From assembly GCA_002269645.1 (NCBI GenBank), contig NIVC01002720.1:82878-146877 (forward strand): a stretch of DNA of 64,000 nucleotides, written 5' to 3'. This document shows positions 48,468-61,300 of the stretch, piece by piece. Every line of letters starts with the position of its first letter. Within the stretch, counting starts at the first letter, position 1. The notes under the pieces were generated by a model, which saw only the letters and a list, made by a program, of their open reading frames with translations, ran no database searches and was not told where the DNA came from. The stretch is from Macrostomum lignano. Lineage: Eukaryota. The position numbers were made by a program, and so were the translations under genes.

Positions 48468-49934
48468 TTTAGTAGGGTCTCATTTAGACCAGTACAAGCA
48501 CATTCAGTGGACACGAATGGCACTTAGTTCAGTCAATAATGCACACGGGATCTTAGAAGTTTAGAGGCAAGCTAAGACTCCTTGATGTAAACAAGGGGGA
48601 GAGAGGTCCCATTTATAGCCGGGATTCTCCGGCACACAAGACCTCGTGACTTGTTCTATTTTTAGAACTGATGTCACTTGAGGTCTGCAGGAAGAGTGCG
48701 CCAGGGAGTGACTCAGTGTCTATTTTTAGAACTGATATCACTTTCTGCCTTAGAGAAGGCAGGGTCTGTGGGCAAAGTGCAAGGGGCCACATGACTCAGT
48801 ATCTATTTTTAGAAACATGAGTCATCTTTGCCTTAGGGAAGGCAAGGGCCCCAAGGCACATGATTCTCCCATAAATAGGACCAGCAAGTGCAGTAAACAT
48901 GTTTACTGCACTTTGAGACTCCAAGAATGCAAGATCTATCATGTGACTTGCTCACAAGATAGAGGAAAATGGGATGGGAATGAAATAGAGACAGCCCACA
49001 GCAGAGAAGCTGAGGGCTAAGAACAGAGATGCAAAAGGACAGAACAGGCCAAGTGCAGCAACAGACAGGCAAGGGGGTGGGAAGCTGATAAGCAGCAGAC
49101 AGCAACCCTGGATGAGGGCAAGGGAGACTGCTAACAAAGGGGGATGCCTAACACTAAACTAGTGACTCAAAACATTAATTTGATGATTTGGTTGAGAAAC
49201 AAATTTAACTATTACAAATTTAGCAAAATTAAATAAAGTAAATTAATTTTTTAATAAATGTCTAAATATAGTATAATAAATATTAGAGATTTAGTCTAGA
49301 AAGGTAGGGGCAAATTGAATATTTAACCTATTCCTATAATCCAATATACAAAAGAACAAATGTTCCTTCTTATTTAACAAATCAAATATTAATATACTTA
49401 TATTAATTATATAATATTATAATATTATAATTACAATAAAAGCCTATACTTAAATAGACTTTATTGAATCTTCTTTCTTCTTGTTTGTGTGCAATCGATT
49501 TTAGCAAAAATTCTTAATACTAAAGATGAAAATCATATTGTAGGTATTTCAATACTCCTCCTAGACTGTTGAACCAAAATTTATCAAACTTGCACCATTT
49601 GATTGGAAATTTTTATGTGACTATGCATGACTATTTTGATTCTTTAGATTCACAAAGTTGGCCCTTTAAAGTTGAGAAAACCTGCTTTTTGCCTATGCTT
49701 TTAGTGTATTTTTGCTCATAGTCAGAGCCAACTATGACTCGGGCCATAGACTAAAAACATCTTTGTTTGATCCTTTGTCTCTTTATTTGTATTTGTATTT
49801 GTATATGTTGAAATCCTTCATTTTGTTGATCCACATGACATGAAAATCTATTTGTCCGTTAAATTAACTGGCTTTGTTATGCCGAAAAGGAAAAGAAACC
49901 TAAATCACAGAATAGTAGACTTGCGAAGCAACAA

Positions 49935-50688
49935 CTGGGGGATGCTTGCTGTGGGCTGCTTGCTGTCTGGGGGATGCTTGCTGTGGGCTGCTTGCTGTCT
50001 GGGGATGCTTGCTGTCTGGGGATGCTTGCTGTCTGGGGGATGCTTGCTATCTGGGTATGCTTGCTGTCTCGGGATGCTTGCTGTCTGGTGGATGCTTTCT
50101 GTCTGGGGATGCTTGCTGTCTGATGGATGCTTGCTTTCTTGGGGATGCTTGCTATCTGGGGGATGCTTGCTATCTGGGAGATGCTTGCTATCTGGTGGAT
50201 GCTTTCTGTCTGGGGAATGCTTGCTATCGGATTCTTGGATGGATGCTTGCTATTTGGGGGATGCTTGCTGTCTGGGGGATGCTTGCTGTCTGGGGGATGC
50301 TTGCTGTCTGGGGATGCTTGCTGTCTGGGGGATGCTTGCTATCTGGGTATGCTTGCTGTCTGGGGATGCTTGCTGTCTGGTGGATGCTTTCTGTCTGGGG
50401 ATGCTTGCTGTCTGATAGATGCTTGCTTTCTTGGGGATGCTTGCTATCTGGGGGATGCTTGCTATCTGGGAGATGCTTGCTATCTGGTGGATGCTTTCTG
50501 TCTGGGGAATGCTTGCTATCGGATTCTTGGATGGATGCTTGCTATTTGGGGGATGCTTGCTGTCTGGGGGATGCTTGCTGTCTGGGGGATGCTTGCTATC
50601 TTGGGGATGCTTGCTATCTGGGGGATGCTTGCTGTCTGGAGGATGCTTGCTATCTGGGGGATGCTGTCTGGGGGATGCTTTCTGTCCA
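49935..50688. repeat. 18-19-bp minisatellite (GGGATGCTTGCTRTCTGG) with a ~290-bp higher-order repeat
   Basis: About 40 copies; the variant block …GGGGAATGCTTGCTATCGGATTCTTGGATGG… occurs twice. Confidence 0.95.
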
Positions 50689-51439
50689 AGGGGTTCAATG
50701 GGAAACGGGAGTTGTTTAAGTTCCCCCCCCAAAGGGGGGCTACATGGCTAGTTTAAACTAATAGCAAAAGTTTTATAAGCAACCTATAAAAATTAAGCCG
50801 AAAAAGAAAGTTCCAGTCTTGGACTATTAAGTAAAATGGGTCCTATCATAATAGACTGATAGTTTATACTAATATTATCCCAGTTTGTTCAAGTTTCTAA
50901 ATATACGCTCATATATTTAAATATATATGTATATAATTTAAATATATGCATCTATTTCTATTAAATTTGGTTTTAATTGTATTGTATCCAATTGTATCCA
51001 TTTTTGGGATTTTGGCAGTCTAAACATAAGTTATAGTGAATGCAAGCCACAACCCCATATTCAATTCTGTGCGTAGCCATATATATTAACTTGGAGCCTT
51101 TTTCACAAAAAATTGCCTGGGTACTTTGCAAATCACACCAATGAGAGCCAACCCCCAAGGTACAGAGTGTACACGTCTGACAATTAAAAAGTCAAAACCA
51201 ATGTACACCCTGTATGAGCATACAGTATTGGCGTGCTTGTATGTGCTCAGGACTGAGTAGAATGGGCTGAATTGCCTCAGTGCTGGGTGAGAGACAATTT
51301 CGCCAAAGTTTTTGGCACCAGGATGCCCGCGGTCCCACTGCAGTTATTATTCTATTTAATATATTTGTGATTATTAAATTCTTGTTAAAAACACTGTTCA
51401 TGTTCCGCATTTGATCTCTTCAAATCACTGGCCCAAGTC

Positions 51440-52036
51440 ATGTCTCTGGCCGCCGCGCTGCGCTCCCTCTCTCTGCGTCAAGCTGCCCCCATTGCCAGCC
51501 TGTGCCCTCGCCTGCAGATCCAGCACCGGCAGCAGAGGCGCCACCTGTCCTCGCCGGCGCCCCAGCAGCTGCAGCCAGCTGGCATCGATGGCGGACCAGC
51601 CGCCACTCAGTCCTCGCCAGCTGTTCGCGACTTGGCCCAGCGAATCTGCCAGCTGAGCCTCCTGGAGGTTGCCGAGCTCAGCCGCCAGCTGCAGTCGGAT
51701 CTGGGCGTCTCGGCCCAGCCGCCCCTGCCTGCCGAAGCCTTGAAGGCTCTCGTTGGCGGGGCTGCCGAGGCTGCATCAGCCGACGCGGCTGCTGATGCCG
51801 GCGCCGGAGCCGCGGTGAAGACTGCATTCAATTTGAAACTGGTGAAATTCGACGCCGCCAAGAAGGTGGCCCTCATCAAGGAGTTGAAGTCGCGCAATCC
51901 GTCGCTGAATTTGGTGCAGACTAAAAAACTGGTGGAATCGGCGCCCGCTGTGGTAGTGAACGACCTCACTAAGGACGAGGCCGAGGCGATGAAGTCCGCC
52001 CTGGAACAAATCGGAGCCACCATAGAGATTGAGTGA
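51440..52036 (+). CDS. MRPL12: Mitochondrial ribosomal protein L12 (bL12m), intronless
   Basis: Presequence-like N-terminus, LSLLEVAEL dimerisation helix, Ala-rich hinge and C-terminal domain KTAFNLKL…KKVALIKELK…LNLVQTKKLVESAP…KDEAEAMKSALEQIGATIEIE. Confidence 0.93.
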   Translation: MSLAAALRSLSLRQAAPIASLCPRLQIQHRQQRRHLSSPAPQQLQPAGIDGGPAATQSSPAVRDLAQRICQLSLLEVAELSRQLQSDLGVSAQPPLPAEALKALVGGAAEAASADAAADAGAGAAVKTAFNLKLVKFDAAKKVALIKELKSRNPSLNLVQTKKLVESAPAVVVNDLTKDEAEAMKSALEQIGATIEIE

Positions 52037-52719
52037 CACTTCGGACTGGTTTCACTGTCTGCGATGCTTGTTTAAATCTGCTTTCAGTTGACACCCAGCC
52101 AGCAGCCTTGTTGTAGCTAAGGGAGGTTCCTGGCTTTTTGCTAATTGAAGGTTAAATAATTATAGTTAATTTAGTCAAAATAGGTGAACTCAAGCTTGTA
52201 AGACCCAACTTTGTACGTAGTTGTTTCGATCCTTTGTTGCGTATTTTCAATTCTGCAGCTTCATCAGTTCGCGCATATTTGCTCTTCTTTGATAGTTAAA
52301 TAAAATCAAATATTGGGCAACAATGTGCACTGCCAGATGCGTTTATTTCCCGATGATGAAGCGAAGAATTTTATTCAGTGTGTTGTGTAATGACCGGACT
52401 CGTTATTTTGCGCTACAACCTGCACTGGCGAATTAGTCGGTTTGAACTACTTATAGTAGCTTATGAACTACGAATAAGGAACTTCGAAGGATGCGGTTTT
52501 CATGACTTGATTGTTGATTCGTGCTCGTAAGGGCCCGAATCCAATGCAGGGGTGTGTGCACTTGTCTGTCCAAAGTTTTGTGTCGAACTGACTGCTCTTT
52601 GTCAGAAAGTCTGGGACTAGGCCCTATACAGCCCAAACGTCTGGTCTTCGATACTATAGTGCTTACATTCCGAATTCATGTACTTTTATAGTCTTGTCAC
52701 ATTCTATCGCCTTAACCAT

Positions 52720-52990
52720 AGCAGCTCAACGGTAAACGCGTCACGACCCCGGGTTCGATTCCGTGCGCGGTGGCCACAGTCATTTGGGGCTTGTGCTCGA
52801 CACTTGACTTGAGATTCAAATCCCAACCCCCCCCCCCCAAGGCCAAGGAACAGAGATCAGTGCAGAGTTGCCTCGTGGTTGTGTGAACATGTCGCCAATA
52901 AAGGCGTTGCGGTCAGGGCGCCCACAGTCGTGCAGTTATTTAGTCTCCTAAACGTATTATTGTCACCTGAGCGACATCCAATACAATACG
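52720..52990 (+). mobile_element. tRNA-derived SINE
   Basis: GCAGCTCAACGGTAAACGCG…GGTTCGATTCCG…GGCCACAGTCATTTGGGGCTTGTGC, shared with the other two copies; CAATA-repeat tail. Confidence 0.68.
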
Positions 52991-53749
52991 ACTTATACCA
53001 GGTGTTTTGGGATTTCAATAATATCCCATGCAATCGCTACTGCCTAACCTAGCAGTGTGTGTGTGTGTGTATGTGTGTGTAGTTTCGCGTGAAAATGAGA
53101 CTTTTAGCGGGCGAGTTATGATGGACGTGCGGGCGGCAGCTGCTGGATGGACAGACCATCACAGACCGACTAATCGGGTAGGGGAGATGCGAGCCATCTG
53201 TGTGGAAGCTATTTTTAGTTTTTTACCTTCCAACTGCGTCTGGGTAGGTAATCCTCTCTTAATCCCCCAATTTCTTCCCGTTCTTCCCTCTCTCGCTCTC
53301 TCCTGTTCCTCCAGCTCGCGTGAGCCCTGGGGCCACATAAGCGGCAAAAAACTCCGTGCGGGATCTGCATCATAGGCAGAGGTTGATGTTATATTTAGTA
53401 AATTTTCGTATGCCTTCAATTGCCATTGCTGGTCAGCGATAATTCCCGGTGTGTAAGGGTCGTCGGGGACGGGGCTTTTGGAGTGAAGAGGAAGGGGAGA
53501 GAAGGCGCGGAGAGACCGGTGGGTTAAGCAATCGATTTGGGCAGTCAGAGGGGTAGTTAGGAGATTCCCGCCAAAGCACCGTTAAGGTAAGTAAAGAGGC
53601 GAGACGAATTGGTCTGGTCCCGCTCTTCATCGTGTAATCATCCCATGCTGCCCAGACTCCTCATCTGAACTGTTAGTTGCCTGGCTATAATCCGGCGTTA
53701 TACTGTAGTAAGCTAAAGCTATTGTACGAATACTCGGTCACACTGTACG

Positions 53750-54859
53750 ATGGGCAATAAACAGGTCGTTGGTTCGAGTCCCAGCTCTGCCGGGTTTCCA
53801 ACGCGACGCAGTAGAAAATCTGTCCGGCCGGCGGACGCGCCGCCGCTCCGCTCGCCAGGGAAACAGCCAGCGCTCCCGACACCGCCGACGCCGCTTCTAC
53901 CCCCGTCTACTGCGCCGCAGTCGCCACTCCCGCCTCCTGCAGTACATGTGTATTTACCTCCACCATTGAATCCGAACTCGTTAAGCGTCCGCAACGACGA
54001 CTACCTCTTCCCGGACGCTGTCACTCCGGTTAAGGTGGACCGGCGTCTTGTCGACAATTACGACGTTCCTTACATTGACGATATTGGCGAATGCGACGAG
54101 CCTGAAGCCGAGTCCTGCTACTTCACCGAAGACCTGCGCTGGTCGCTTGTCATGCTGGACTCGGCGCCTCGGCTGGCGGAGGGCGAAGAATTTCCGGAGC
54201 TAGGTGAGCGTCTAGCGATTTGGTTTGGGTAGCGGCAGGGCCTTGAGTCAGGAGATACATGGTCCTGAGTCAATATATGAATTTTAAGTCATGAATTTAG
54301 GTCTGAATAAAGAAGCGCGTGTTTCTGAGTCACCAGATGTGGCTCTGAGTCACCAGATGTGGCTCTGAGTCACCAGATGTGGCTCTGAGTCACCAGATGT
54401 GGCTCTGAGTCACCAGATGTGGCTCTGAGTCACCAGATGTGGCTCTGAGTCACCAGGTGTGGATCTGAGTCACCAGATGTGGATCTGAGTCACCAGATGT
54501 GGATCTGAGTCACCAGATGTGGATCTGAGTCACCAGATGTGTCTCTGAGTCACCAGATGTGTCTCTGAGTCACCAGATGTGGCTCTGAGTCACCAGATGT
54601 GGCTCTGATTCAAGTGGATAAAATGCTTTGAGTTCCCTCTGTCAACATGCATTCTTCTGGAAAAATGTGCCAGTCAAGTAGTTCAAGCCAGAAACCGCTA
54701 TTGACTCTCTTCGATCCGTCTCCAGTCGCCACGTACGACCCCGTGTCCAGCCTGGGTGCCGTCGGTTCCAAGCGTCACCGGCTGGGACTTTTGACGCGGC
54801 TGTTCCGCGGAAACAGACGAAGACGGCGTGGCCAGCATGGCGAGGCGTCGCGAGCATGA
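53750..54859 (+). CDS. Possible two-exon uncharacterised gene (53750-54203, ~54633-54859)
   Basis: A Pro-rich then acidic ORF ends at a good donor (CTAG|GTGAGC); a minisatellite fills the putative intron as in the other genes; the only in-frame acceptor found is weak (TTTGAG). Start codon uncertain. Confidence 0.4.
54324..54610. repeat. 20-bp minisatellite (CTGAGTCACCAGATGTGGCT)
   Basis: About 14 copies, each containing TGAGTCA. Confidence 0.95.
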
Positions 54860-56791
54860 GAAACAGGAAAAAGAGCTGGAGAGCAGAATTCCTTTTTCTA
54901 TTCTTAACTGTCACGCCTGGCCTGTCTCTCTTGGCCTCATAGCGTTCCAGGAAGCGCCGATGAAATGTGCAATCTTGTGCGGAATGTGATCGCACATGCG
55001 AATCGCAGACACTGGAACGACTAGATATGTCACTCGCAAAAGAAAGTGATAATCTACTTTATTTAGTAGCAAAATCAGCGTTTTATCTTATAATAGCTTT
55101 TAGCTCTTGAATCAGCAACAACGGCATCTGGCTTTCTACAAGCAGACCCACTAGATAGATTAGCATCGTTACCCCGTTTGAAGCTGCATCAGAATCCAGT
55201 GCGTGTGCATAGCGTGTGTGGCGCCCCAACCATAAACAGTTTGGCTTTCCTCTTTCCTGCTTGTGTCTGATTTTCACCTCTCTCCTTACTGATCTTTGAT
55301 TGGATGAGCTACGTCGTAGATTGAGCCTACCTTATAGGCAGGGTTTCGTCCGTCTAACTTTGACCTCTCTCCTTACTGCTCTCTCATTGGCTGAGCTAGA
55401 TTGGGCCTGTATAAGGTTCCCCTTCCCCCAGGCTGAGTTTTGCGTTTTTGTGTACACTGAGATAAATGCATGTTGTTCATTCTTAACCTTATATACCCGG
55501 AGGCCGCAAACCCCGAGGAAGAAAAGGAAATTTTAACTGCCATATTCAATTAAAATGACACTGTACAGATAAACTACTGAAAAAGATTAGACGCTCTAAT
55601 TTTTCACAACTTTAATTGTGAGTGACATACTTCTAGTATCTAGTTCCTAGTCCCTAGTTCCTCTAGTATCTGTGCATGCAACCAGTTAATTGCAACTTGT
55701 CAATGTCTTATAGTTCGCTTTTTACTTCAATATACGAGTGCATTGTCAAATGTCATATACTTAAAAATCTTTAAGAAGAAACTCCAAAAACCCAGTTTTT
55801 TTCAAAGCTGGATGCCATTTAATTTAAGGTCGATATTTTCTGTAATTCTCATTTTATTTGAAGTATCAATAATTTCAAAAGTTATTGGGATTCTTGAGCT
55901 GTCAAGATCCAGTTCAATTGTAAAAGTTGAGTAATCTGTTAATGTGGAGTTTGCAGACTCCTGTGGGTCAGAGAGGCTTAGTAGGGTAAGATGCGCTGGC
56001 ATCATGATTTTCAGTCTGGCACCCAGGAGGCCAAACAACACTGCAGCGATTCTTACGCCTTAAAGAACCCAGGTTCGCACTGGATACAGGTATAGCCATT
56101 GACAATAGGCAGTCAGAAGTTGCTTTTCACACCGGCAAATGCAGACCATAGACACCATCTTCCGGATTGGATAAGCGCCAGAGAAACTGTGTCTTTTTTA
56201 AAGCAACTTTTAAAGCCACAGACACTACATGATCGGCAGCTGACAGATGACGGGGCCAAATTTAGTTTGGCCTTGAATTTGGGGGTAAAAATTTTGCTCC
56301 GCAAAGTCCCCGTTTGTGCCGATCGGCTACTGAATACCCTTAGTTGTCTATGGTAAAACCTGCACGGAAAGTTTATTGAGGGGTTCAATAAGCGGTTTTG
56401 AGTGCTTTAATATCTAGGCCACGAGTGCTTCTCCAATTAGCTTCTCCATTCAGTCTATTTTTCAGTTCAGTCCCATAAAATCTACACATCAAATTCTGTC
56501 ATTTTTCACTAGCTACTTTTGTTTGGTGTGGTGTGTTTATCAAAACTGCTGGCACTGTATAGCCTGGAGAATTAGTCTTCATGCCATAAAATCTGAGCGG
56601 TGGTAGTGGGCAGAATACTGACTGTACTGTACTTGACCACTGTACACTGGCTGCCTACTCTGTACTAAGCCACTCCTACCCCTAGCTTTACTCAGAGCTT
56701 GGGGCAGGCGTCCAAATATAGTATAAACAGTTAAGCAGACAGGGAGTCTTGTCTGGTTCTGCCATAAGCCCAGCAACTAAATCAGACAATC

Positions 56792-57490
56792 ATGCAGCCA
56801 TTCGCTTCCAGAACAGTCGACGGCATTCGCTACCGTCTGGTTGCTCCGTCGGACGCCGCCGCCTTGGAGGAGTTGGCGTTGAAAGAGTTCTGCGGCCGGA
56901 TGCCGCTCTACCAGCAGGTAGGCGCCACCTCCCGGTCCGATGTGGAGCTCTCCATGGATTTTCTGCCCAAGCTGGCGCTGGCTGGCGAGTCTCTGGTGGC
57001 CGAGGACGCCGGCTCCGGCCAGCTGGTCGGCGCTCGGCTCTCCGCCGTTGAACGTCGCGACTCCTGGCCGCCGTCGAAGCATCCGCTGATGGTGGACGCC
57101 GAGCTGCAGGCCCGCTATCCAAAGGAGAGCATCGTGATGCGAGCCGCTGACGCCACGCTGACCGCGGCAAACTATTTCGGCGCCTATTCCGACGTGAGCG
57201 CCGCTATGGTGTCGCGCATGCTGGCCGTGCGCGAGTCCCACGGACGGCGCGGCATCGGGCGCCGTTTGCAGGAGTTCGCGCTCGAGCTGGCGCCAAGCAT
57301 AGGCGCCCAATTGGTGGTCGGCCTGACGCAGAGCTATTATTCTCAGCGGATCTACGAGGATCTGCAGTTTGAGAGGGTCTACGCCGAGACCATCCCGGAT
57401 TATGTCGATCCGGCCACTGGCGACAAACCGTTTGCCGGTCTGGCGGGCACAGTGCACCAGGAGGCTGTGGTCTTTGCCAAGCGGGTCTGA
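56792..57490 (+). CDS. GNAT-family N-acetyltransferase (arylalkylamine/dopamine NAT-like), intronless
   Basis: Motif A MLAVRESHGRRGIGRRL followed by TQSYYSQRIYEDLQF; TATAAA-like box at about 56722. Confidence 0.82.
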   Translation: MQPFASRTVDGIRYRLVAPSDAAALEELALKEFCGRMPLYQQVGATSRSDVELSMDFLPKLALAGESLVAEDAGSGQLVGARLSAVERRDSWPPSKHPLMVDAELQARYPKESIVMRAADATLTAANYFGAYSDVSAAMVSRMLAVRESHGRRGIGRRLQEFALELAPSIGAQLVVGLTQSYYSQRIYEDLQFERVYAETIPDYVDPATGDKPFAGLAGTVHQEAVVFAKRV

Positions 57491-58319
57491 CTGAGGCTAT
57501 TCGTCTGGGTAGAGGTTTATCGAACTAGAGTCCTAAGTGCTGAGTCCCTTGATTCTAGGGTCAGAGACGCAGATTCTAGGGTCTGCGACGCGGATTCTAG
57601 GGTCTGAGTCACGGGTTCTAGGGTCTGAGACACGGATTCTAGGGTCTGAGTCACGGATTCTTGGGTCTGAGACGCAGATTCCAGGGTCTGAGTCACGGAT
57701 TCTAGGGTCTGAGTCACGGATTCTAGGGTCTGAGACGCAGATTCTAGGGTCTGCGACGCGGAGTCTAGGGTCTGAGTCACGGATTCTAGGGTCTGAGACG
57801 CAGATTCTAGGGTCTGCGACGCGGAGTCTAGGGTCTGAGTCACGGATTCTAGGGTCTGAGTCACGGATTCTAGGATCTGAGACGCGGATTCTAGGGTCTG
57901 AGTCGCGGATTCTAGGGTCTGAGACGCAGATTCTAGGATCTGAGACGCAGATTCTGGGTCTGAGACACGGATTCTAGGGCCTGAGACGCGGATTCTAGGG
58001 TCTGAGTCGCGGATTCTAGGGTCTGAGACGCGGATTCTGGGTCTGAGACACGGATTCTAGGGCCTGAGACGCGGATTCTAGGATCAGATACACGGATTCT
58101 AGGGTCTGAGTCGCGGATTCTAGGGTCTGAGACGCAGATTCTAGGGTCTGAGACGCGGATTCTTGGGTCTGAGACGCAGATTCCAGGGTCTGAGACGCGG
58201 ATTCTAGGGTCTGAGTCACGGATTCTAGGGTCTGAGTCACAGATTCTAGGGTCTGAGACGCGGATTCTGGGTCTGGGACACGGATTCTAGGGTCAGATAC
58301 ACGGATTCAAAGGTCTGAA

Positions 58320-61300
58320 CAAGGAAAACTTGATAACTCAGGACCGGAAACGAGCCAATTCATGGCGAAAAAAGTATGAGGCTCGTTTAAAAGCATTGTT
58401 CTATGGCCCGTCCGTATGCGCATGCTTTCAGTTGCCAATGTATACTCGTATCATATTTGACTTTTTGATAGGCACTCAGAAGGCGGGTGCAGGGTCGGTT
58501 TTCTTAAATGTTGAATATTTTTATTACATTAAGTAACCGTCGTGAAAATACACAATGGGAAAGCTGTACATGCAGCACATGTATAAGGAAACTCGAGAAA
58601 AATTTACGATTCTTTCTTCATCTGAACTACAAACAGAGAAGAAAATAACAGTCACAGAACGGGACAAGAGCTGACTATGATAAATAGTGAAGTGTTTGCT
58701 CCAGGTTCGCTCACTGTCCACTCAGCTTCAGTATTTTTCTATCGTGCACTTTATCCGGTGAAGGAGCGCTCTTTGCTCCTCGTTGAACATAACCCTTGAA
58801 GAAACAGTTGGTGAGGCGCACGCAGCATCCCAGAACATCTGCTTCAGGGAAGTAAAACTCGCCAACGGCAGCAAACAATTTGCGCACTCGCAAAGCACAT
58901 GACGGTGATCGCAGCGAAATGAAGCATCCGAAATAGAGGCAAGCAAAATTGAACAGCCACTTTGGCGGGTGCTTCAACTTTCCCCGGGAAATCATTTCAG
59001 TGAATTCACCGAGTGGGGTGTTTAAATTTTCGGCAGGATCATCACCGGCAATTTTCTCCTTTAACGTTATGTAGCCTGAAATGTTATTATTATGCCTCAG
59101 TTGTCCTTCGCCTCAGCAATCGTTATTTCCATCCAAGTTTAAGTAACACAAATGCATGCCTTACCTGCAATATAATAAACAGATGCCTTTTCGGCCATTG
59201 ATAGGCTCTCAGCTTTGACGTAGCAGTCATCGAGCGTCGAAAGTTCTTCGTCTGAAAGGGGCGTGTCGCAGCAAAGTCCTTTGTTGTGCACGAATCCATC
59301 CAGCTCTAACACTGTGTAGAGTTTCATTCGTCGGAGTCGAGCGCTGAGAAGAACTTGCTCTACTGAGATAAAGTAATTGCCTCCGCTCATTTGGCGATAA
59401 ACACCAAATTCTGCTTCCAGAGGATCACTTTGCAACTCCGCTATGAGAATGTACGTTGCACCAGATTCGCAGAGCAGTCGTTCGCATAGTTCTATGATTG
59501 CATGAATAGTGTAAGCTAATGACCTCTTCGTCTCTGACGTCAGAGATTGGTGTCTTGTTCTTCCCTTTCCACTGCGCATCTCCTCAATCGATTCGCAAAG
59601 CGCGCGCAGGAACTTGATGTTTGGATCTTGAACTGAATAGACAGCCCGTCTGTCTGGGTCATTAAGTCTAACATGAAGATGCGGGTTCTTGCAGTTCACA
59701 ATTTTCCAGAATTTCGAAATAACGTCAATGAATGCAGCTGTTCCATTCTTCCCGTCGCATTTTAGGGCGGCAGCAACGTTGTCGCAGAAAACTTGAAGAG
59801 CTAAATTGACTTTAGTCTTTTGGACATTTGTTGGGAAACACGCTTCGTATGTAATGCCTGTACGCTTAACAATGTGATCTGCTTCAGATTTATACAGTTC
59901 TACAATATCTGACCACTTAGCCGTGACGACTGTTGTAGACTTGGGCAAACGAATGGTTAGCATTCCATCAGACTCAGACTGCCAATTGTTCCGAATTGAC
60001 TTCAAAAGGTGTACAACATCATGGAGCAAAAAGAAAGTAGACTCCTGTGATTCAGATTTGCCGATCCAAGGTTTTGTCTGTTGAGCAGCAAACATCGAGA
60101 AGCACTTTCTGTTTGTGGGATGGTTGTCACACACAAGCGCTACAACGAGGCCTCCATGTTGATTGACGAGTTGAATGCACTTTCGAAGCTGATGGTACAA
60201 AAAGTCGGCGGAAAGAAGAAAAATCGGTATCAGCCTTAGAACAAATGGCTTACCGCCGAACAATGGCTTCAACATTATTGCGAGCACTGTTCGAGCAGTT
60301 TTGTTATGATTGTCTGACGCTTGGCCGAGCAGATGTTGGCACCGATAGCGAATCGATGGCTGGACATACATTTCATCGAAAATCAACACACAAGACTTCT
60401 GCTGCGGTTTCAGTTTGGCAAATGTGACCTTTACGATCTCGTGTGCATCTTTTCAGTGCCAATCTCTCCTAGACCAGCCAACTGAGTGCGTAATGTGCGT
60501 TGGTGGGGCAAAGGAAGGAGCGTCTGTGCATGCGCGTATGCAGAACTGCTAATCAGGTAAAGCAAAGCAGATTGGCGCATAGTGGCAATGTCGTATCGTC
60601 GATTGTTTGGGTGCGTTGTGGCGAACTCGAGTAGCTTCAGGATGAATGTAACCGATGTGTCCGGTACAACTCCATCGTGGTTAAAGGCAATAGAAAGGTT
60701 CTTAGATAATGCCCTCACCTCAGTTTCGACGTCCACTGTAGAGTTTTTACAACGATTTATGATAGCTTCAAGTTGCGACCAATACTTTAATGTTGGTTGA
60801 AATCCAAGCAGATCTCGAACCGCAACTGGTGAGTGTAACCGAAAGCATCGCACGGAATAGTTTGGTGAAACGAAAACTCGCAGAACCATTTCGGCATTGG
60901 CGCTTAACGAGAAGATAAACACCTCCTCTTGAACAATGGTAACAATAAGCTGATGTGCTTTGATGACGTCTGAACAGTGGATGGATGCTCGGAATTCAGT
61001 CCACGATGGCAGCGTGTCACGCTCTCGAAATTCTACTAGTTCATCTTGGAAAAGGCATCGTTCGGACAGCAGCACGCCCCTTCCCTCAGCCTGTCGACTG
61101 GCACGCACTGCAATATCCAAGCACGCATCTTAGTGTTTCGTTTCGACCCTATTTGATGGAGTGCAAATACGCTCGAATATTTGAATTAAAGCAGTAGAAC
61201 TTCACAAACCTTGTGTTTGAACGAGGCAGGACTGCGGGACTCCGTCGAAAACTGATGGTGGATGTAGCGGCCTTTCCTTTCTTCCCTTTTTTATCATTGG

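Noticed and set aside
49840-50756. Hydrophobic Cys/Leu/Gly ORFs
   Set aside because: They are products of the 18-19-bp minisatellite.
16140-52036. Apparent cluster of mitochondria-targeted genes (CPOX, MacroD, MRPL12)
   Set aside because: Three genes over 36 kb, interspersed with unrelated genes, is compatible with chance.
53690-53795. tRNA-like sequence with GGTTCGAGTCCC
   Set aside because: The T-stem and acceptor stem do not pair and there is no clear A box.
57517-58240. TQTLES-repeat ORFs (also 62173-62872)
   Set aside because: They are translations of the 21-bp minisatellite.
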